Assembly (NCBI GenBank): GCA_040380025.1
Contig: JBEIJY010000044.1
Span: 1 to 10,981, forward strand
Direction of reading: 5' to 3'
DNA length: 10,981 bases
Source: Bdellovibrionales bacterium
GTDB lineage: Bacteria > Bdellovibrionota > UBA1018 > CAIMNF01
The translations under genes were made by a program, and so were the position numbers. This document shows positions 7,460 to 10,981 of the stretch, piece by piece; within the stretch, counting starts at the first letter, position 1; the number at the start of each line of letters is the position of its first letter. The notes under the pieces were generated by a model. The model had not been told where the DNA came from. It did no database searches and saw only the letters and a program-made list of their open reading frames with translations.

Positions 7460-8825
7460 GAAGACAAAGCTCTCCGGCGTTTCCGTCGCGATAAATCCAC
7501 CACTCTTCGAACACTCCGTCCGGTCCCCTCACCTTCACTCGATAATACGTGCGATCAAAGCCCCCGGTATCGTCGACATCCCATTCATAGCCCGACAGCC
7601 TCTCGGGCTCCGAGATCGACTGAATCCGCCAGAACTCGCCTCCGAGCCGGAGGTCGGACCCGATCCGGAACAGTCGCACCGGCTCGGGAAAAATCCGGAC
7701 TGGTCTTCGGGGGAACAGCGCCGAGATCCGCGCGGTTTGCAAGGGGATCTGCCCGGCTTGCACCGTTTGCGAATCCGTCGGAAGCACCCGCTCCCATGAG
7801 CGTTCCGGCAACAAGTGCCCCGAGGTGCGGGCACAAAACACCGATCCTCCCGCATCGCCGATCTTCAGCCCGAGATACGCGACGAGCTCGAGCATGCGTT
7901 CTTTTTTTGCCTCTTCCTGCTCGTCCTTTTCGCTGAAGGCAAACCGGGCGGCCGTGGTCTCGCGGGGTGCGGTCTCGGTCACCTCGATTCCGGCCCCGAC
8001 CACCGGATCCGAAAGCGGATCGCGCTCCATCTCGCGCGCGATCTTCTCGCGAAGAATCTTGAGCAGAAGCACACGCGAGGTTTGCGGGAACGAGAAGGAA
8101 AGGGAGATCTCACGGTCCGGCGACGCCCGATCGAGCTTGAGCGAGATCCGGATGGTCCGGATCGCCCGATGATGCGCGTGAAGCCGTTCCATCAGGCGAT
8201 CGACGAGCGGTTTCAGGCGAAAAATCAGCCCCTCGGCCTCGAGCACCTGATCGTCGGCATTCCAGCGGGCCGTCTCTGAAAAAACCGAAGACGGAACAAA
8301 ACGATTCCAGGGAATGCTCCCGCCGTTCTCGTACTGCTCCGAAAAAAGATCGAACTCCTCACCAAAGCGCACAAGCCAGGCCTCTTTCGGGATTTCAAAC
8401 AAGCACCGGAGGCTCCGCATTCCGAGCGCCCGGAACATCGCAAGCCGTTCGCGCCGCGAGCGGTCCGGCTCCTGAAACCAAAGCGGATCAAGCACATCGA
8501 AATACGCGTCGACCGGAAGCTCACCCGAGTTTTCGGTCCGCCATTTGGTTCGAAGCCACGCACGGGGAATCGTAGCGCCGGATCCGAACCGCCACGTCGA
8601 GGAATCAAGCCCGAGACGCGTACCGAGAACCCGGGCTCGCGCCGAGAGGGATTCCTCGCCAAAGAGCTTTCGGGTCCGGCTCATCTCGAGGAACACGCGG
8701 TTCTTGCCGACGACCAGATCGGGTGTGAAGCGAAGAAAGCTCTCGCACAGGCGCTCGAACATTGGCCCCCCCGAACATCCGAGATCGATGCACCACCAGA
8801 GCTTGGGATTCGCGCCTTCCCTCAC
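7446..8825 (-). CDS. imuB: ImuB, catalytically inactive Y-family polymerase homologue
   Basis: Motifs LWWCIDL, RFTPDL...VFLEMSRTRKLFGEE, LGMRSL...RFG, HLLPERSW, RRPVRIFPEP and EPERL...W...RTYYRV...WIYRD...LHGVY. Start reassigned to GTG 8825, which overlaps the imuA TGA (GTGA) and follows a GGGGG SD-like run, giving 459 aa. Overlaps the dnaE2 start by 14 nt. Confidence 0.88.
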   Translation of the reverse strand: MREGANPKLWWCIDLGCSGGPMFERLCESFLRFTPDLVVGKNRVFLEMSRTRKLFGEESLSARARVLGTRLGLDSSTWRFGSGATIPRAWLRTKWRTENSGELPVDAYFDVLDPLWFQEPDRSRRERLAMFRALGMRSLRCLFEIPKEAWLVRFGEEFDLFSEQYENGGSIPWNRFVPSSVFSETARWNADDQVLEAEGLIFRLKPLVDRLMERLHAHHRAIRTIRISLKLDRASPDREISLSFSFPQTSRVLLLKILREKIAREMERDPLSDPVVGAGIEVTETAPRETTAARFAFSEKDEQEEAKKERMLELVAYLGLKIGDAGGSVFCARTSGHLLPERSWERVLPTDSQTVQAGQIPLQTARISALFPRRPVRIFPEPVRLFRIGSDLRLGGEFWRIQSISEPERLSGYEWDVDDTGGFDRTYYRVKVRGPDGVFEEWWIYRDGNAGELCLHGVY

Positions 8826-9370
8826 AACGAAAGCCCCCGCTTTGCTTTTTCGATTCGCATGCCCGAGGCACCGCCGGTTTCGATCCGGATCTGAACACCG
8901 AACGACGGAGTCGGCGCGCCCGACAAAAGCACGATTCCGCTGCCGCATTCTTCTGCCGCAAGCTGGATTTTCCGGATCTGCACATCCTGCCGGTACCGGG
9001 GCAGAAGCGCAGGCTCCAGGAGCACCCACTCGAACAAGCGGCTTCGAAGGACACTCAGCAAAATCTCGAGCCCCTCCTCGGGCGGAGCGCGCTCGATGAA
9101 AAGAATCCGATCGAGCGAGACGCCCTCTTGCTCGATCGCCACCGGAAACACCGGGAGCGCCCCCGTGGCAATCCAGGCCGCCCGCGCATGGGGCTGTTCG
9201 CGCAAAAGCCGGACCCCGAAGGCCCAACGACCGCTCCCCAGAACCTCGACCAGCTGGCCCGCGTGCAGGGCAAGGGCTGGATTGCTCCCGGGCACAGTGC
9301 CAAGGGACCTTGCCGTACGAACGGGGGCCTGTTCTTGGAGGGCGGCTTTTAAAAGGACGAGGGAGGACAT
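8822..9370 (-). CDS. imuA: ImuA-like RecA/SulA-fold protein
   Basis: Degenerate Walker A region GQLVEVLGSGR, then AAWI...FPVAIEQEGVSLDRILFI, LRSRLFEWVLLE and IRKIQLAAEECGSGIVLL. First gene of the cassette. Start ATG 9370 (182 aa) chosen from the promoter position. Confidence 0.85.
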   Translation of the reverse strand: MSSLVLLKAALQEQAPVRTARSLGTVPGSNPALALHAGQLVEVLGSGRWAFGVRLLREQPHARAAWIATGALPVFPVAIEQEGVSLDRILFIERAPPEEGLEILLSVLRSRLFEWVLLEPALLPRYRQDVQIRKIQLAAEECGSGIVLLSGAPTPSFGVQIRIETGGASGMRIEKAKRGLSL

Positions 9371-9376
9371 GAGAAA

Positions 9377-9405
9377 ACGATACCGAACAAAAACCGAACA
9401 GGCAA
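9377..9405 (-). promoter_or_regulatory. imuA promoter with LexA-box-like direct repeat in the spacer
   Basis: Minus strand reads TTGCCT (9405-9400)-N17-TATCGT (9382-9377)-N6-ATG. The spacer contains GTTC-N7-GTTC (9399-9385), part of TGTTCGGT-N3-TGTTCGGT. Confidence 0.7.
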
Positions 9406-9472
9406 TCAACTGCGTCACTTGACTGCGCAAATTCATGAATGCTCAAGCAGGGAAATGCCCGGATAAAAAAAA

Positions 9473-9530
9473 GTTTTTGCCTCCGAGCCGCGTCCTGCGG
9501 CCTCGCTTCCGCGCGTCACGCGCTCACTCG
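9473..9530 (+). repeat. Structured repeat, partial copy
   Basis: 9473-9507 matches 10897-10931 at 33/35 nt. Hairpins GCCGC-GTCCT-GCGGC and GCGCG-TCA-CGCGC. Lacks the long terminal inverted repeat of the second copy. Confidence 0.8.
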
Positions 9531-9534
9531 ATCA

Positions 9535-10689
9535 TCAGCGAAAAAACGCCATCCGGGCCCCCGGACCATCCACCGAGAGCTCGGCCATAAACGAAAGCCC
9601 GAGCTTCACGAACGCCCGCGTGTGATTGAAATCCAGCTTCGTGATCAGATCGCGCGTGGTGTGGATGTCGCGGTTGTCGGTCGACATCGTCGCCTCAAAC
9701 GGCATCACGCTCGGGTAGCCCGCCTTGGTCCACGACGCATGATCCGAACACGCGTAGCCGCAACGATCGGTGCTCCAGCGCACCTTCACATACGTGTCCA
9801 TCAGCATCTGCGAAAAGCGCGTCAGCTCGGGGCTCACATTGTCGGTCATGAACACGATCTGATCCCCCGCTCCCGGAAACCCGGTCATGTCGAGCTGCAT
9901 GGCTCCCACGACTGATTTCTTTTCTTTTCTGAAGCGATTGGCGATGTCCTGGCTTCCCAAAAGACCCACTTCTTCGCCCGCGTAGGTCATGAACATCAAG
10001 GTGCGATCCGGCTTGAATCCGCTCTGGACCAAAACCCGGAACACCTCGATTACCGTGGCCACACCGGAGGCGTTGTCGTCGGCACCCGGGGCCTGCATCT
10101 CGCGCGAACCGAAGGCGCTTTGGTTGATGGAGTCTTCGTGCCCGCCGATCACCACGATTTCGTTTTGATGCGGACCTGTTCCCGGAATCGTCGCGATCAC
10201 CGAGGGCTGCTCCCAGCTGTGCGTGAACAAATCGACTTTGATATCGGAACGGGAAGAGGCGATCGACTGGAATTTTGCCGCAATCCACTTGGCCGCCTCG
10301 ACTCCGTACGAGGAGCGATAGTAGCGGTTTCGGTTCGAGGACATGACCTTCACGGTGTCGTTCACGAGACCCATGTCGATCAGCGGAAGCGCAGAATCGA
10401 GATATGCTTTTTGGGTCAGGGGCCGTTGCTCAAGTCCGAGGCGAAAGGTCTCGACCTCAAGGGGCATCGAGCCAAAGCTACGGGGCTGGCGGGTGATGTC
10501 CATGAAGCCAGCACAGCGGCCTTCTTCGTGCGCCTCTTTCGAAAACTGAAACGCTTCCCGGAGCTTCATCCAGCGGGGGGCCGAGCCGTCTCCCCGATCA
10601 ATGAGCCTGAGCTCGTCCATCTCGGGACTCGCCAAAGCCGGACTCGAAACCAAACCCATCAAAAACAACGCAACGCATGCGAATTTCAT
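9535..10689 (-). CDS. Secreted M28-family zinc aminopeptidase (bacterial leucyl aminopeptidase-like)
   Basis: 384 aa. Signal peptide (...PALA|S) and propeptide. Zn-ligand/catalytic motifs GGHEDS, PGADDNASG, AGEEVGLLGS, QLDMT, CGYACSDHASW and IHTTRD. SD AAGGGGG upstream. Confidence 0.93.
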   Translation of the reverse strand: MKFACVALFLMGLVSSPALASPEMDELRLIDRGDGSAPRWMKLREAFQFSKEAHEEGRCAGFMDITRQPRSFGSMPLEVETFRLGLEQRPLTQKAYLDSALPLIDMGLVNDTVKVMSSNRNRYYRSSYGVEAAKWIAAKFQSIASSRSDIKVDLFTHSWEQPSVIATIPGTGPHQNEIVVIGGHEDSINQSAFGSREMQAPGADDNASGVATVIEVFRVLVQSGFKPDRTLMFMTYAGEEVGLLGSQDIANRFRKEKKSVVGAMQLDMTGFPGAGDQIVFMTDNVSPELTRFSQMLMDTYVKVRWSTDRCGYACSDHASWTKAGYPSVMPFEATMSTDNRDIHTTRDLITKLDFNHTRAFVKLGLSFMAELSVDGPGARMAFFR

Positions 10690-10773
10690 CGATCTTCCCC
10701 CTTACACGCCGAACGTCTTCTCTGAAGAAGCCCGATGTGTCCATGACACGGTCAAAAAATAACCTATGGGTCC

Positions 10774-10801
10774 ATCCTAACGGGAATCAGCCATGACTCA
10801 A
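10774..10801 (-). promoter_or_regulatory. Possible sigma70 promoter of the aminopeptidase
   Basis: TTGAGT (10801-10796)-N16-TAGGAT (10779-10774), preceded by an A/T tract. Confidence 0.3.
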
Positions 10802-10880
10802 TGAAAAAAATTTACATTCAACGCAAAATGGCAACTGCCCCCTTTGAGTGTTCTTGGTGATCGCGCGGGATCGGCAGAGG

Positions 10881-10981
10881 GGGGTGGAATGATTCGGTTT
10901 TTGCCTCCGAGCCGGGTCCTCCGGCCTCGCTCTCGCCATCCTGGCTCGCGAGAGTCGGCAAAAATCGAATCATTCCATCCC
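10881..10981 (+). repeat. Palindromic structured repeat element (REP/MITE-like or ncRNA), fuller copy at the window end
   Basis: 25-bp terminal inverted repeat (10881-10905 / 10957-10981) with two G-T pairs. It encloses two hairpins: GCCGG-GTCCT-CCGGC and CTCTC-GCCA-TCC-TGGC...GAGAG. Confidence 0.85.

Noticed and set aside
9431..9440. Palindrome ATTCATGAAT upstream of imuA as the SOS operator
   Set aside because: It lies outside the predicted core promoter and matches no LexA motif I recognise; the direct repeat is the better candidate.
8826..9446. N-terminal 207 aa of the 666-aa ORF as part of ImuB
   Set aside because: It overlaps imuA out of frame, has Arg/Pro/Ala/Cys-rich shadow composition, and begins upstream of the predicted promoter.

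Overview
GC-rich bacterial window, probably a whole metagenomic contig: it opens with a 79-nt poly-C artefact and ends exactly at the tip of a palindromic repeat. A Bdellovibrionota/Oligoflexia-like host is only an impression from the protein types. Gene order: EamA/DMT transporter (+); truC-like pseudouridine synthase and trhO tRNA hydroxylase (-, overlapping); a divergent intergenic region holding a ~140-nt imperfect hairpin and a near-consensus sigma70 promoter; an AT-rich secreted protein with two Cys-pair repeats (+); a bidirectional terminator; an unknown 132-aa Met-rich/SHOCT-like gene directly after a complete imuA-imuB-dnaE2 mutagenesis cassette (-); and a secreted M28 aminopeptidase (-) flanked by two copies of a structured repeat. 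Most notable: (1) the imuA promoter looks leaderless and carries a GTTC-N7-GTTC (alphaproteobacterial LexA-type) direct repeat in its spacer; (2) a possible fourth gene in the imuABC operon; (3) a structured repeat whose copies differ only by a compensatory base-pair swap; (4) the long unexplained hairpin at 2980-3120.
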